64,000 bases of DNA from Micavibrio sp. UBA6139 (GTDB taxonomy: Bacteria > Pseudomonadota > Alphaproteobacteria > Micavibrionales > Micavibrionaceae): contig DIVF01000054.1 in assembly GCA_002423285.1 (NCBI GenBank), forward strand, positions 18,588-82,587, given 5' to 3'. Numbering within the stretch: the stretch's first letter is position 1; each line of letters starts with the position of its first letter. The translations under genes were made by a program, and so were the position numbers. The notes under the pieces were generated by a model, which was given only the letters and a program-made list of their open reading frames with translations, was not told where the DNA came from and did not search any database. Shown in pieces: positions 53,542-64,000 of this stretch.

Positions 53542-55857
53542 TTAAAGCGCGGCGGCGATTGGAAGCACGTTGTTTTCTGCTGCTGTCCCTTGCGCGTCAA
53601 CACAGGCAAAGGCCGTCATGTTCAAAATACCGCGTGGTGTGACAGATGGTGTCAGAATATGCATCGGTTGTGCCACCCCCAGAAGGATTGGCCCGATGGA
53701 GATACCTTCACCCAGAACCTTCAGCATGTTGAACGCAATGTTCGCTGCATCCACGTTTGGCATCACCATGATATTGGCGGCCCCTTGGAGTGTGGAATTT
53801 GGCATGCTGGATTTACGGATGGTTTCGGATAGGGCATCATCGGCATGCATTTCGCCGTCGATTTCCAGTTCCGGCGCACGGTTGCGGATTTCCACCAGCG
53901 CCTCACGCATCCGCGCCGCACTTGGGTTGTCATGGCTGCCGAAGTTGGAATGTGACAGCAGGGCAACCTTTGGCTTGATACCGAAACGCGATACTTCTTC
54001 GGCGGCCAGCAGGGCCACTTCAGAAATTTGCGCAACGCTTGGGGTCGGGTTGATTTGCGTGTCGGTGATGAAATACACACCGCGCGGCAAAATCAGCGCA
54101 TTCATGGCGGCCGCCGTTTCTACACCCGGCGTCAGGCCGATAATATCCACGACGTTTTTCAAATGGTGTTTGTATTGCCCGATGGTGCCGCAAATGGCGG
54201 CATCGGCATCGCCGCGACGAACCATCAACGCACCAATCACGGTAAAATCGGTCCGCAGCACCGTGCGGGCGAGGGCCGGGGTGACACCACGGCGTTCCAT
54301 GATTTCGTGGTAATTGGTCCAGTATTCGCGGTAACGAGAATCATATTCAGGATCAATCAGTTCAAAATCCTTGCCGATCTTCATCCGCAGGCCCAAACGC
54401 TTGATCCGTGTTTCGATCACTTCTTTCCGGCCAATCAGGCTTGGCTTGGCCAGCCCCTCATCCAGAACAGTTTGAACGGCGCGCAAGACGCGTTCTTCCT
54501 CACCCTCGCAATAAACGATGCGTTTTGGGTCTTGCTTGGCACGCGCGAAGATCGGGCGCATGACCATGCTGGTGCGGTAGGTATAGCTTTTCAGTTTTTC
54601 GTGATACGCGTCCCAATCGGTGATCGGGCGGGCGGCCACACCGCTTGCCATCGCGGCCTTGGCCACGGCAATCGGCAATTCCACGATCAAGCGCGGATCA
54701 AATGGTTTGGGGATCAGATATTCCGGCCCGAATTCCAGATTTTCCTCGCTGTAAACAGCGGCCACTTCGGCGGTGGCTTCGCGGCGGGCCATTTCGGCAA
54801 TCGCCTCAACACAGGCCAGTTTCATTTCTTCGTTGATCGCCGTCGCGCCAACATCCAGCGCCCCACGGAACAGGAACGGGAAGCACAGAACGTTGTTTAC
54901 TTGGTTGGTGTAGTCGGAACGCCCTGTGCAGATGATCGCATCGGGTTTCGCTTCACGGGCTTCTTCGGGCATGATTTCCGGGGTCGGGTTGGCCAGCGCC
55001 ATAATCAGCGGTGCCTTTGCCATGTGCTTAACCATCTCACCCTTGAGCGCGCCAGCAGCGGACAGGCCGAGGAAGATGTCTGCGCCTTCCAAGGCTTCGG
55101 TCAATGTGCGGGTGTTGGTGTCGGATGCAAATTTTTCTTTTTCCTCATCCATCTGTTCCTTGCGGCCCTTGTAAACAACGCCCTTACGGTCACAGACAAT
55201 AATGTTTTTCTTTGGCAGGCCAGCGGATACCAGCAGGCTCAAACACGCAATGGCTGCCGCACCGGCACCGTTGGCAACCAGTTTTACATCGGTAATGTCG
55301 CGGTTTTTCAGGCGTAGCCAGTTTTTAACGGCAGCTGTCACGATGATCGCGGTGCCGTGCTGGTCGTCGTGGAACACGGGAATCTTCATGCGTTCGCGCA
55401 ATGTGCGTTCAATGCGGAAACATTCCGGGGATTTGATGTCTTCCAGATTGATGCCGCCAAAGCTTGGTTCCAGCGAGGCAATGATTTCAATCAGCTTGTC
55501 CGGATCTTTTTCATCGATTTCGATATCGATACAGTCGATGTTCGCGAATTTTTTGAACAGGACGGCTTTGCCTTCCATGACGGGTTTGGATGCCAGCGCG
55601 CCAATATCGCCCAGACCCAAAACGGCTGTACCGTTGGAAATAACCGCAACCAGATTGCCCCGGCTGGTGTAGTCCAGCGCCTTCAGTGGGTCTTTTTCAA
55701 TTTCTTCACACGCAAAAGCCACGCCGGGGGAGTAAGCGAGCGCGAGGTCGCGCTGGGTCGCCATAGCCTTGGTCGGGGTGATGGAGATTTTCCCCGGTGT
55801 CGGGTGACGGTGATATTCCAGGGCTGCGTCGCGCAGGGTGTCTTTTGCAGATGACAT
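53542..55857 (-). CDS. maeB: NADP-dependent malic enzyme with PTA domain
   Basis: LAYSPGV, NLEDI, FHDDQHGT and GAGAA motifs; C-terminal PTA-like domain. Confidence 0.96.
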   Translation of the reverse strand: MSSAKDTLRDAALEYHRHPTPGKISITPTKAMATQRDLALAYSPGVAFACEEIEKDPLKALDYTSRGNLVAVISNGTAVLGLGDIGALASKPVMEGKAVLFKKFANIDCIDIEIDEKDPDKLIEIIASLEPSFGGINLEDIKSPECFRIERTLRERMKIPVFHDDQHGTAIIVTAAVKNWLRLKNRDITDVKLVANGAGAAAIACLSLLVSAGLPKKNIIVCDRKGVVYKGRKEQMDEEKEKFASDTNTRTLTEALEGADIFLGLSAAGALKGEMVKHMAKAPLIMALANPTPEIMPEEAREAKPDAIICTGRSDYTNQVNNVLCFPFLFRGALDVGATAINEEMKLACVEAIAEMARREATAEVAAVYSEENLEFGPEYLIPKPFDPRLIVELPIAVAKAAMASGVAARPITDWDAYHEKLKSYTYRTSMVMRPIFARAKQDPKRIVYCEGEEERVLRAVQTVLDEGLAKPSLIGRKEVIETRIKRLGLRMKIGKDFELIDPEYDSRYREYWTNYHEIMERRGVTPALARTVLRTDFTVIGALMVRRGDADAAICGTIGQYKHHLKNVVDIIGLTPGVETAAAMNALILPRGVYFITDTQINPTPSVAQISEVALLAAEEVSRFGIKPKVALLSHSNFGSHDNPSAARMREALVEIRNRAPELEIDGEMHADDALSETIRKSSMPNSTLQGAANIMVMPNVDAANIAFNMLKVLGEGISIGPILLGVAQPMHILTPSVTPRGILNMTAFACVDAQGTAAENNVLPIAAAL

Positions 55858-55966
55858 ATTACATTCTCTATATTAAAGGCGGAGGGTGAGGACTTCAGGG
55901 CCTAACTGACCAGAATTCGGGGGCTTTTTCAAGGCGGTAAGTGTTGTGTGGCGGCAGGAAATAAGC

Positions 55967-56001
55967 AAAAACCCGCCATCCTGAACGGAGCGCGGGTTTT
56001 T
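55967..56001 (-). terminator. Probable terminator after tRNA-Leu
   Basis: AAAAACCCGC...GCGGGTTTTT inverted repeat. Confidence 0.65.
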
Positions 56002-56017
56002 CGCAAAAAGAACCAAA

Positions 56018-56104
56018 TGGTGCGGCCAAGAAGACTCGAACTTCCACGGGGGTTAGCCCACAGCGACCTCAACGCTGCGCGTCTACCAATTCCGCCATGG
56101 CCGC
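56018..56104 (-). tRNA. tRNA-Leu(GAG)
   Basis: Reverse complement GCGGCCATGGCGGAATTGGTAGACGC..TTGAGGT..long variable arm..GTTCGAGTC..GGCCGCACCA. Confidence 0.96.
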
Positions 56105-56237
56105 ACACTTGGGTAGAATGACGAAGTTCGCAGGCTTGAGGGGGCCAGCATCGCCGCCTTGTGATTATCAAATGTCCTAGAGGGGCGCAAGCGGAAAACA
56201 TATTGCCAAAGGGAAGGCTCAGCCCTATCTTTCCCCT

Positions 56238-56897
56238 ATGGAAATTAACATATCAGATCACCCGGTCGAATACGAAGCGGCCCTGACCGCGATGGAAAAC
56301 CGCGTGGCGGAGATTCATGCCGGGACGGAAGCTGATCTTTTATGGCTTTTAGAGCACCCGCCGCTTTATACCGCCGGGACCAGTGCCGACCCATCTGATC
56401 TGCGCGATCCGCAATTTCCGGTTTTTGAAACCGGGCGAGGTGGTCAATACACCTATCACGGGCCGGGCCAGCGTGTTGGCTATGTCATGCTGGATTTAAA
56501 GAAAACAGGACAAGGCCCTGATATCAAAAAATATATCTGGTGTCTAGAGGAGTGGATCATCCGCACGCTGGCGCGTTTTGATGTGCAGGGCGAGCGTCGT
56601 GAAGGGCGCGTGGGTATCTGGGTTGTCACGCCATCCGGCGAAGCGAAGATTGCGGCGATTGGTGTGCGTGTCCGGCACTGGGTCGCGTTCCACGGTGTGT
56701 CGATTAACCGCGAGCCTGACCTGTCACATTTCGGTGGAATTGTTCCGTGCGGGATCTCAGAATATGGCGTTACATCTTTGAAAGATTTGGGTGTTTCTGT
56801 TTCGTCTGAAGCGCTAGACGGCGCAATGGTTGAGGCCTTTGCCGATGTTTTTGGCGTGACGCTGGATCAGCCCAGCCGATTGCGGTGCGCCATATAA
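56238..56897 (+). CDS. lipB: Octanoyltransferase LipB
   Basis: [27 protein letters not shown] and PCG motifs. Confidence 0.96.
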   Translation: MEINISDHPVEYEAALTAMENRVAEIHAGTEADLLWLLEHPPLYTAGTSADPSDLRDPQFPVFETGRGGQYTYHGPGQRVGYVMLDLKKTGQGPDIKKYIWCLEEWIIRTLARFDVQGERREGRVGIWVVTPSGEAKIAAIGVRVRHWVAFHGVSINREPDLSHFGGIVPCGISEYGVTSLKDLGVSVSSEALDGAMVEAFADVFGVTLDQPSRLRCAI

Positions 56898-57733
56898 CCG
56901 TTCAGGGCTTTGGACAATCCTGACAGGCTCTTCCTTAGCTCTTCCCCGCGAGTCATTGAAAACGCTAAGGTTTCCTGATTCATATAGATGTCGCGTGCGA
57001 TTTCGATCTGGATGCTATGAATGCCTTTTTCTGGCGCGTGGGTGTGCTGAATGATGGCTCCGCCAGAGAAATATTTGCCATTATCATCAACGCTGTAACC
57101 GTCGATCTGAAAGTAAGTTTTGATGAAGCGCGTGATCTCCGGATCGCAAGACTTACTGTTCATATCGCCCAGAATAATGTCGGCTTGCTGGTCTGGATTG
57201 CCCCGATACGTCGAATGCATATCCACATGCAGGATTGATGCGTTGCTTTTCCGCGATGCGGTTAGCATCTGGTCCAGCTTTTTATAATACGGGCGGTGGT
57301 AATCGTGGATGCGGCGTTCGCCTTCGCGCGCGGTCAGGCGGGCGGCGTCATTATAAATATCCGAAATCCGGTTGGCGCGCGGCCCGGCCAGTATGGGAAA
57401 TAACCCGGCATTCTGGCTGGTGTAAAAGGTCATCTTATGGGGGATGGTCCATTCGCCGTCGATCCAGTCCGGGTTGACCTCGTACTCATGACGGTTGAGG
57501 TCGATGCAGGCGCGGTGGATCAGGGCTTCCAAAACGGGCGACCCGGCATGGGGGACACCGGTCAGCAATTTATCGACATGGGGGTCGTGCAGGAACATTA
57601 AATCTTGTTTCTGGCAGGCATAGCGAAAATGCCGGGGCAGGATGGTGCCGCTATGCGGGCAATCGAATATCACCGGGGAAACATCCGGGCGACTGGCGGG
57701 GTGGACGATATAGGATGCGGTTTTTTTGGCCAT
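56867..57733 (-). CDS. N-formylglutamate amidohydrolase family protein (paralog 2)
   Basis: DCPHSG, DLNR, YHRPY, DMHS and QIEI motifs. Confidence 0.85.
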   Translation of the reverse strand: MAKKTASYIVHPASRPDVSPVIFDCPHSGTILPRHFRYACQKQDLMFLHDPHVDKLLTGVPHAGSPVLEALIHRACIDLNRHEYEVNPDWIDGEWTIPHKMTFYTSQNAGLFPILAGPRANRISDIYNDAARLTAREGERRIHDYHRPYYKKLDQMLTASRKSNASILHVDMHSTYRGNPDQQADIILGDMNSKSCDPEITRFIKTYFQIDGYSVDDNGKYFSGGAIIQHTHAPEKGIHSIQIEIARDIYMNQETLAFSMTRGEELRKSLSGLSKALNGYMAHRNRLG

Positions 57734-57746
57734 GCAGGCCTTATAC

Positions 57747-58616
57747 CTAATCCGCTGCCATGCTGACAAGATTATTGGAAACATAGGACGCAGTTTTTTC
57801 GGTCAGCTTTTCCAAATTGGCCTTCAGCAGGTTGAAATTGTTGGTTCTTTTGTTCTTATGCTCATCCCAGTACAGGCCTTTGCTGATTTCGATCTGGATG
57901 GAATGACGCCCGGCGGAGGGGTGGGCGGAGCGGCGGACAATCTCGACCCCCTTATAGGGGTTATTGATCGCCACGCGGTATCCCATGTCACGAATGGCAT
58001 CGCGCAGGAAATTGGTGAAGGCGGGATCGCAACTGGTCCCATCCCGGTTCCCGAGAACAAAATCGGGCTGAAGATTTAAGATTCCGTGCGGGACGGGCAT
58101 TCGAACCACGGGCATGGAATGGCAATTGATATGCCAGACGATGCCAAAATTATAATGCGCCTGATCCAGCAGCGTTTTCAAAACGTCATGATAGGGATGA
58201 TAGTAATTATCCAGACGGTGGCGAATTTCGGCGACCGAGAGTTTGTGGCCATAAACAGGCTGTCCGGGTTTGACCAAACGCCGGATCAAACCAATCCCGC
58301 TAAGGGACCGGGGTGTCGGGTTCAGCGGTGCTGGCCAGCGTTCCGCTAAAAGTTCCGTATCAATATCATCTTCCGCACGGTTCACATCGATATAGGTCCG
58401 GGGGAATTCCGCACATAATAATGTCGCGCCGTAATGGTGAACATTATCGAACAGGATATCGACATCGTTATCTTCTGCCCGCTCCAGCGAGCTCAACGGG
58501 CAGGCATAATGGAAATCAGCCGGGTAGATACGGCCACTATGGGGTGAATCAAAAACCAGCGGCAAGGCAGGTTTTTCAGGGGTTGTCAGGGTATAGATGT
58601 TTTTAATACCGGTCAT
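57747..58616 (-). CDS. N-formylglutamate amidohydrolase family protein (paralog 1)
   Basis: DSPHSG, DVNR, CHSM, PDFVLG, N.PYKG and QIEI motifs. Confidence 0.9.
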   Translation of the reverse strand: MTGIKNIYTLTTPEKPALPLVFDSPHSGRIYPADFHYACPLSSLERAEDNDVDILFDNVHHYGATLLCAEFPRTYIDVNRAEDDIDTELLAERWPAPLNPTPRSLSGIGLIRRLVKPGQPVYGHKLSVAEIRHRLDNYYHPYHDVLKTLLDQAHYNFGIVWHINCHSMPVVRMPVPHGILNLQPDFVLGNRDGTSCDPAFTNFLRDAIRDMGYRVAINNPYKGVEIVRRSAHPSAGRHSIQIEISKGLYWDEHKNKRTNNFNLLKANLEKLTEKTASYVSNNLVSMAAD

Positions 58617-59185
58617 GACAGGCCCAATATCCGGCCCAAACGGTGGGCGAGACCTTTTCTCTCACCGATCCAGTCAATCTGCGCAGTTTGTAACGTAACG
58701 CTGGATACGAACGCGGTCTTAGCCTGTTCATATTCTTTCCGCAGCGTCTCCGGGTCGGTTGTTCCCGGTTTCATGCGGTGTAAATCTTCCATCAAATGTT
58801 CAATGGCAGCGAACAGGGATGTAGCCCGGTTGGCACTGGCGCGGAGCAGGGGATCAGCTTGAAGCGCCGCAATCTGTGCGGCGGTCAATTTTTCTCCGCC
58901 ATTGGCATTGACGCTGTCCCATTGCAGGGACGGGTTATGGGTTTTTAAATTCTGAATGGTCTGGTCGATGGCCAGCAGGTTTAATTGATACGGCGACCCC
59001 AGGCAGATGAAATTGGCCTGTGCCACCACCGCGTCCCCCTTATAAAACACAACGGGGATCGTGATGGCGGGTTTGGGGTCTTGTGCGACGTTACGGTAAA
59101 AATTCCAGAATGGGTCCTCAATCCGGGGCAGGACATGTCCCAGATCTTGTGCGGCTTTTTGAAATTTCGCGTCCATGGCCCCCAT
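58613..59185 (-). CDS. Hypothetical protein
   Basis: 190-aa ORF with ATGA coupling to the downstream gene. Confidence 0.65.
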   Translation of the reverse strand: MGAMDAKFQKAAQDLGHVLPRIEDPFWNFYRNVAQDPKPAITIPVVFYKGDAVVAQANFICLGSPYQLNLLAIDQTIQNLKTHNPSLQWDSVNANGGEKLTAAQIAALQADPLLRASANRATSLFAAIEHLMEDLHRMKPGTTDPETLRKEYEQAKTAFVSSVTLQTAQIDWIGERKGLAHRLGRILGLS

Positions 59186-59285
59186 CGGACTTTACGCTTT
59201 CCCGTTAAACTATTATAAGTATTAAGATTTTATCCTAAACCACCTTGTTTTACAAACCGCTAACGCACGCAGCTGGGCCAGAAAT

Positions 59286-60569
59286 ATGCACGATATCAAT
59301 GCCATCCGTAAAAATCCTGAGGCCTTTGACCAAAACTGGGGCCGCCGCACCCTGTCACCGCAGACGCCGGAGATTTTGAGGCTGGATGAGGAACGCCGTG
59401 CGGTTCAAACCGAAATGCAAGCCTTGCTGCAACGTCGCAACGAGGCCTCCAAGGAGGTTGGCGAGATTAAAAAATCAGGCGGTGATGCCGCAGCCCTGAT
59501 GGCCGAAGTCGCCAGCCTGAAAGACAAAACAGCGGAGCTGGAACAGCGCGAAGCCACCTTATCTGAATCCCTGACGCAACATTTATCCAGCCTTCCCAAT
59601 ATGCTGGACCCGGAAGTTCCAGAAGGGGCTGATGAAAACGATAACGTCGAAATCCGTGTTCACGGCGAACCGAAAAAACATGCGGCCGGTCCGGTGGATC
59701 ACGTTGTGATCGGTGAAAATCTCGGCATGATGGATTTTGATACCGCCGCCAAAATGTCGGGTGCGCGTTTTGTCATGATGTATTCCGGTCTGGCCCGTCT
59801 GGAACGCGCTCTGGCGCAATTTATGCTGGATACGCACACACAAGATCATGGTTACACGGAAGTTTCCCCGCCCTTGATGGTGCGCGACCAAACCATGTAT
59901 GGCACGGGCCAATTACCAAAATTCGCCGAAGATCAATTCCGTACCACACGCGGTGACTGGTTGATTCCAACGGCGGAAGTGCCGCTGACCAACATCGTGG
60001 CCGACAGCATTATCGAAGAAGAAACCCTGCCGCGCCGCTACACCGCCTTTACCCCATGTTTCCGTCAGGAAGCCGGGGCGGCGGGTAAGGACACCAAGGG
60101 CATGATCCGCCAGCACCAATTCTATAAAGTGGAAATGGTGTCGATTGTGAAACCAGAAGACAGTGCCGCCGAACATGAACGCATGACCGCCTGTGCCGAA
60201 ACCATTTTGAAAAAACTGGGTCTGGCGTTCCGCACGATTATTCTGTGTGCGGGAGATATCGGGTTTGGCGCACGCCGGACCTATGATATCGAAGTCTGGC
60301 TGCCGGGGCAGGAACGCTACCGTGAAATTTCCAGCTGTTCCAATTGCGGTGATTTCCAAGCCCGCCGGATGAAGGCGCGGTCGCGCGTGAAGGGTGAGAA
60401 GGAAACCTATTTCGTTCACACCCTGAACGGTTCCGGTCTGGCCGTTGGCCGCACCCTGATCGCCGTGCTGGAAAACTATTATGACCCCACAGATGGCGGG
60501 GTCTTTGTTCCGGACGTTCTGAAACCCTATATGGGCGGTCTGACCAAGATTTTACCGCTAAAAGCGTAG
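59286..60569 (+). CDS. serS: Serine--tRNA ligase
   Basis: [25 protein letters not shown] and TLNGSG motifs. Confidence 0.97.
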   Translation: MHDINAIRKNPEAFDQNWGRRTLSPQTPEILRLDEERRAVQTEMQALLQRRNEASKEVGEIKKSGGDAAALMAEVASLKDKTAELEQREATLSESLTQHLSSLPNMLDPEVPEGADENDNVEIRVHGEPKKHAAGPVDHVVIGENLGMMDFDTAAKMSGARFVMMYSGLARLERALAQFMLDTHTQDHGYTEVSPPLMVRDQTMYGTGQLPKFAEDQFRTTRGDWLIPTAEVPLTNIVADSIIEEETLPRRYTAFTPCFRQEAGAAGKDTKGMIRQHQFYKVEMVSIVKPEDSAAEHERMTACAETILKKLGLAFRTIILCAGDIGFGARRTYDIEVWLPGQERYREISSCSNCGDFQARRMKARSRVKGEKETYFVHTLNGSGLAVGRTLIAVLENYYDPTDGGVFVPDVLKPYMGGLTKILPLKA

Positions 60570-60729
60570 GTAATCGTAGGTTGCTAGTTTTTACGACGTC
60601 GATCTACAGTTTCTAGTTGTTTTTCTGTGCAAATATTCCCTTGTACCTTGTTCTTTGATAGGCGGGGCGGGGCCCGTCATTCATAATGCAGTTCTTTGGA
60701 TTCTTAATCTAATAACTGGTGGGGCTATT

Positions 60730-62535
60730 ATGCGTAGCAAGATTTTCAGTAAATTTATTCCGGCAGCGGGTATTGAAGCTGCTATACGCCGTTTCCCATT
60801 ATCTTATGCATGCAGCCTTTTGCTGTTCATCGCTTACCTGTTCCAGTCAAATGATCCATTTGGGAAGTTTATAGGGTCCACGGGCATTCCCTTGATTATT
60901 GGTTACTTCTGGTTTGGCATTGCTGCGTTGATCTCTGAAGGGCGTGCGCTATCGCATGGCAAGCAGATTTCTTTGGCACTCGGCGGTTATATTATCTTGC
61001 TGGCGATCACTTATTGCGGGGCAGGCATTCCTTATAAAAATATGGGGCAGCTTATTCTTGCGTTGCTTTTGCTGATTTCAGCTGCCCCCTTTTTGAACAG
61101 AAAACAGGATGACGAAGCGTTTTGGATTTATAATCGGTCTTTATGGCTTGGCGTAATCAATGCGATTTTCCTGGGGCTTGTTCTTCTTGTCGGACTTTTG
61201 TCTGTGACAGCAAGTATGAAGTACCTGTTCGGAATTTCTCTGGGTGCTGAGGCCCCCATTGTTGCATTGATTGCTTTTGTTTATACCCCCGGCCTTGCCT
61301 TGTTATGGGTGCCAAAGCAGCAGGATTTGAAGGAGGTTCATTTTGGTCCTGAATGTCGGATATTGGTGAATTGGATTCTGGCGCCGCTGCTGACAGTTTA
61401 TACTCTTATCCTTTATGTATATGCCATGAAAATTGGGCTTTCATGGGAACTGCCAAAGGGGAATTTGTCCAATATTATTATTGGGTTTGGTGCGGTAGGG
61501 GTTTTGACATACATGGTGTCATGGCCGTTACGGGATCGCGCGACAACATTCTTGAATTGTGCGTCACATAATTTTTTTAAAATCATGCTGGTGCCAATTA
61601 TTCTGCTGGCTATCGCTGTGGGTGTTAGAATTGGGGAGTATGGCATCACGCAGGACCGCTATATGTTGGTTTTAGCGCTGATCTGGTTTGTTCTTGTGAC
61701 TGGGTTATATATTCGAAACAGAGTGCCGCCCATGAAATGGATGCCATTGACCCTGGCTGTGGCTCTTTTGTTCTCATCATTCGGGCCGTGGGGCTTTTAT
61801 GCTGTGTCCGGATACAGCCAGATCTCAAAGCTTAATACCCTGCTGGAGCATAATGGCATTCTTGTTGCCGGACATATTGTCCCTGCAACGAAAGAGGTCA
61901 GCGAGGCAGATCAAAAACAAATCAGCGCAATTGTCGAATATCTTGTCAAAGAACGCCAAGTGCATCGTGTCAGCGAGGATTTTAAGAGATTTGCAGATTA
62001 CAGGGAAAAAGAGACAGGTCCCAGAAAACAAATCAACCGGAAAGCTTATGAACGTAAATTAGAAATTATGGATTTTATGGGGCTTCAGTTTATGACGCAA
62101 CGCGGAGATAAACTTGAAAAGAGCCTGCCAGGAGTTCCCTTTAGTATCAATCGAAGAGGCGGAGATATCGTCGGGGTTATCGGTGGTTATGATTTTAGGT
62201 TGCCTGCCATTCAAAACATCACTGTATCTATGAGTAAGCAAAAGCAATGGGAGCGTGTTTTTGCAGCGAGTGTGGAAGATGGGGTCCCAGAGATCAAACT
62301 GTCATTTGATACGGACGGAATGTTGAAGGCACAAATTGGAACGCAAGGAACCTTGTTTTTTAATGTGACTGAATACTCTAAGCGGGAGCGGGGCGCAGAT
62401 ACTGGATTATCTTCGATAGATGCCGTGGATGGCTCGCTAAAGGGGCGAATTCTTATTCAGAGTGTTCGTGGCAAGGTGGATGGTGAAAATCTCTATGTTG
62501 AGGGGCTGAGTTTTGTATTATTGCTGGATATATAG
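60730..62535 (+). CDS. DUF4153-type multi-pass membrane protein
   Basis: RRFP, LILYVY..KI...WELPKG, RIGEYGITQDRY and FGPW..SQ motifs; AT-richer than flanks. Confidence 0.75.
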   Translation: MRSKIFSKFIPAAGIEAAIRRFPLSYACSLLLFIAYLFQSNDPFGKFIGSTGIPLIIGYFWFGIAALISEGRALSHGKQISLALGGYIILLAITYCGAGIPYKNMGQLILALLLLISAAPFLNRKQDDEAFWIYNRSLWLGVINAIFLGLVLLVGLLSVTASMKYLFGISLGAEAPIVALIAFVYTPGLALLWVPKQQDLKEVHFGPECRILVNWILAPLLTVYTLILYVYAMKIGLSWELPKGNLSNIIIGFGAVGVLTYMVSWPLRDRATTFLNCASHNFFKIMLVPIILLAIAVGVRIGEYGITQDRYMLVLALIWFVLVTGLYIRNRVPPMKWMPLTLAVALLFSSFGPWGFYAVSGYSQISKLNTLLEHNGILVAGHIVPATKEVSEADQKQISAIVEYLVKERQVHRVSEDFKRFADYREKETGPRKQINRKAYERKLEIMDFMGLQFMTQRGDKLEKSLPGVPFSINRRGGDIVGVIGGYDFRLPAIQNITVSMSKQKQWERVFAASVEDGVPEIKLSFDTDGMLKAQIGTQGTLFFNVTEYSKRERGADTGLSSIDAVDGSLKGRILIQSVRGKVDGENLYVEGLSFVLLLDI

Positions 62536-62686
62536 TTGAAGCCATACATGAGTGGTTGCATCGTTAAGGGGCTAAAACCCTAAGGTTCTTGCGGGCCTTG
62601 CTTCATTAATTAACATAATATTTATCTTTTGTACATAATATCCCTATAGGTGCGTAATTTTCTGCGTATACGTAGGGGTGTTATCG

Positions 62687-63325
62687 ATGGCTGGTTCTGT
62701 AATCTCGCGCGATGATGCGTTGTTCTTGGCGGTGTCCACGGAATCTTCCAGCGTCGAAAAAATCCCCGCGACATCACCCGCGCAGATGAGCGCCGTATCC
62801 GGTGTCGGCAATGCCGCCGATCACTACGCGGTGTCTGACCGTGAAATCACATCAACTTTTAATGCGTCAGTGGGGCTGGATGGTTATAGACCCGCCGCCG
62901 CAGCATCGTATTCACGCTTTGATACGGACGAGAAGGGAAATTCCCTGTCTCTCGCCGCTGGAGCCAAGGCGACATTGGGCGAGGGCGTTGAGGTGGGTTT
63001 TTCTGCCGTCAAACGCTGGACTAATACGCTGGATGATGGCAACCGTTTTGATGTAAGTGCCGGTGCGGGGATGGAGTATTCAACCCGCAATGGTGTGAAC
63101 TCCTCTGCCGGGGTGCGGGCGGATTATGTCCGGAAAGATGGCGGTTTGAGTCCTTACTTCACGGCTGTTGCGTCCACCCAAGAGGACCGAAGCCTGACCC
63201 TTGGGGTTGGCGCGTGTAAGGATGTTAAGCTGCTTGACGCTCTGCTACAGGCCACCTTATGTGCCGGGGCGGAATTGCGTGAAGATCGCCCGGCGGTTGC
63301 TTTCAGCATTGGCCGGAATTTCTAA
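62687..63325 (+). CDS. Hypothetical protein, beta-strand-rich with C-terminal Phe
   Basis: Alternating Gly/Ala/aromatic strands; ends FSIGRNF. Confidence 0.6.
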   Translation: MAGSVISRDDALFLAVSTESSSVEKIPATSPAQMSAVSGVGNAADHYAVSDREITSTFNASVGLDGYRPAAAASYSRFDTDEKGNSLSLAAGAKATLGEGVEVGFSAVKRWTNTLDDGNRFDVSAGAGMEYSTRNGVNSSAGVRADYVRKDGGLSPYFTAVASTQEDRSLTLGVGACKDVKLLDALLQATLCAGAELREDRPAVAFSIGRNF

Positions 63326-63407
63326 TCTTCTCATTTCTGGGCTTCTTTTTGTGTAAAAGGTGGATCGCGTCTTGTTCCTTATGGAATGAGGGGTTAGAAT
63401 CCAAGCT

Positions 63408-64000
63408 ATGAATACGCCCATCCTCCAGACGCCTGCTCGCGTCATTCGCCTGATTATGCACCTTCGCAATGCTGGTATCACAGATACGGCGGTGTTGAGT
63501 GCGCTTGAGCGAATTCCCCGCGAAATTTTTATTCCGCGCCAGATGCATGATCAGGCTTATGAAGATATTGCCCTGCCGATTGGCCGGGGCCAGACGATTT
63601 CCCAGCCATTCGTGGTTGCGTTTATGACTCAGGCGCTGGAGCTGGATGACCGGATGAAGGTGTTGGAGATTGGCACGGGGTCAGGGTATCAGGCCTGCGT
63701 TTTGTCCAAGCTCTGCCGCCGCGTTTATTCGATTGAACGGCATAAGCCGTTACTCGAAAACGCCGAAAAAGTTTTTGAAGAATTGCGCCTGCGCAACATT
63801 ACCGCCATTTGCGGCGATGGGATGAAGGGATGGCCGCAACAAGCGCCATTTGACCGCATCATTGTCACCGCCGGGGCGCAAGACCGCCCGCCACAGGCCT
63901 TGCTTGATCAACTGGCGATTGGCGGCATCATGGTCATTCCGGTGGGACGGAACGGGCAACAGGTGTTGCGCCGTTATAAAAAGGAAGCCGATGAAACCTA
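63408..64000 (+). CDS. pcm: Protein-L-isoaspartate O-methyltransferase (3' end outside window)
   Basis: Not in the ORF track; translates to AYEDIALPIGRGQTISQP..KVLEIGTGSGYQ..GDGMKGWPQQAPFDRI. Confidence 0.95.
   Translation, partial: MNTPILQTPARVIRLIMHLRNAGITDTAVLSALERIPREIFIPRQMHDQAYEDIALPIGRGQTISQPFVVAFMTQALELDDRMKVLEIGTGSGYQACVLSKLCRRVYSIERHKPLLENAEKVFEELRLRNITAICGDGMKGWPQQAPFDRIIVTAGAQDRPPQALLDQLAIGGIMVIPVGRNGQQVLRRYKKEADET

Noticed and set aside
54028-55317. 429-aa ORF antisense to maeB, and similar ones opposite fabI, the TPP enzyme, HDAC and serS
   Set aside because: Shadow ORFs arising from codon bias of well-conserved genes; no motifs

Overview
This is a 64-kb core-chromosome segment of an alphaproteobacterium. 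The C4-pathway hemA, olsBA, xseB-ispA-dxs, ispH-thrB-rnhA, Cle-type response regulator and CcrM/CtrA motifs support that placement. A Micavibrio/Rhodospirillales-like lineage is my inference only. The window holds about 62 CDS, mostly housekeeping, and 3 tRNAs (Arg-CCT, Arg-ACG, Leu-GAG). I saw no integrase, transposase, prophage or CRISPR array. The most notable signals are: (1) a 270-bp intergenic region with 8 GANTC (CcrM) sites, the first five roughly helically phased, plus a perfect DnaA box and a CtrA-type TTAA-N7-TTAA box whose spacer contains a GANTC, upstream of an unknown 170-aa gene; (2) two divergent genes sharing one CATG start, each apparently leaderless with its promoter inside the other gene, and many other leaderless-type starts; (3) a 4-copy REP-like palindrome family; (4) an OafA-type O-acetyltransferase split by one in-frame TAA; (5) a Cle c-di-GMP effector, His-less Hpt and uncalled small YjfB-like ORF cluster; (6) several orphan or catalytically degenerate proteins (kinase-like, tandem RHH, zincins, macro domain, compact RNase R). 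All assignments come from reading motifs by eye. No database searches were run.
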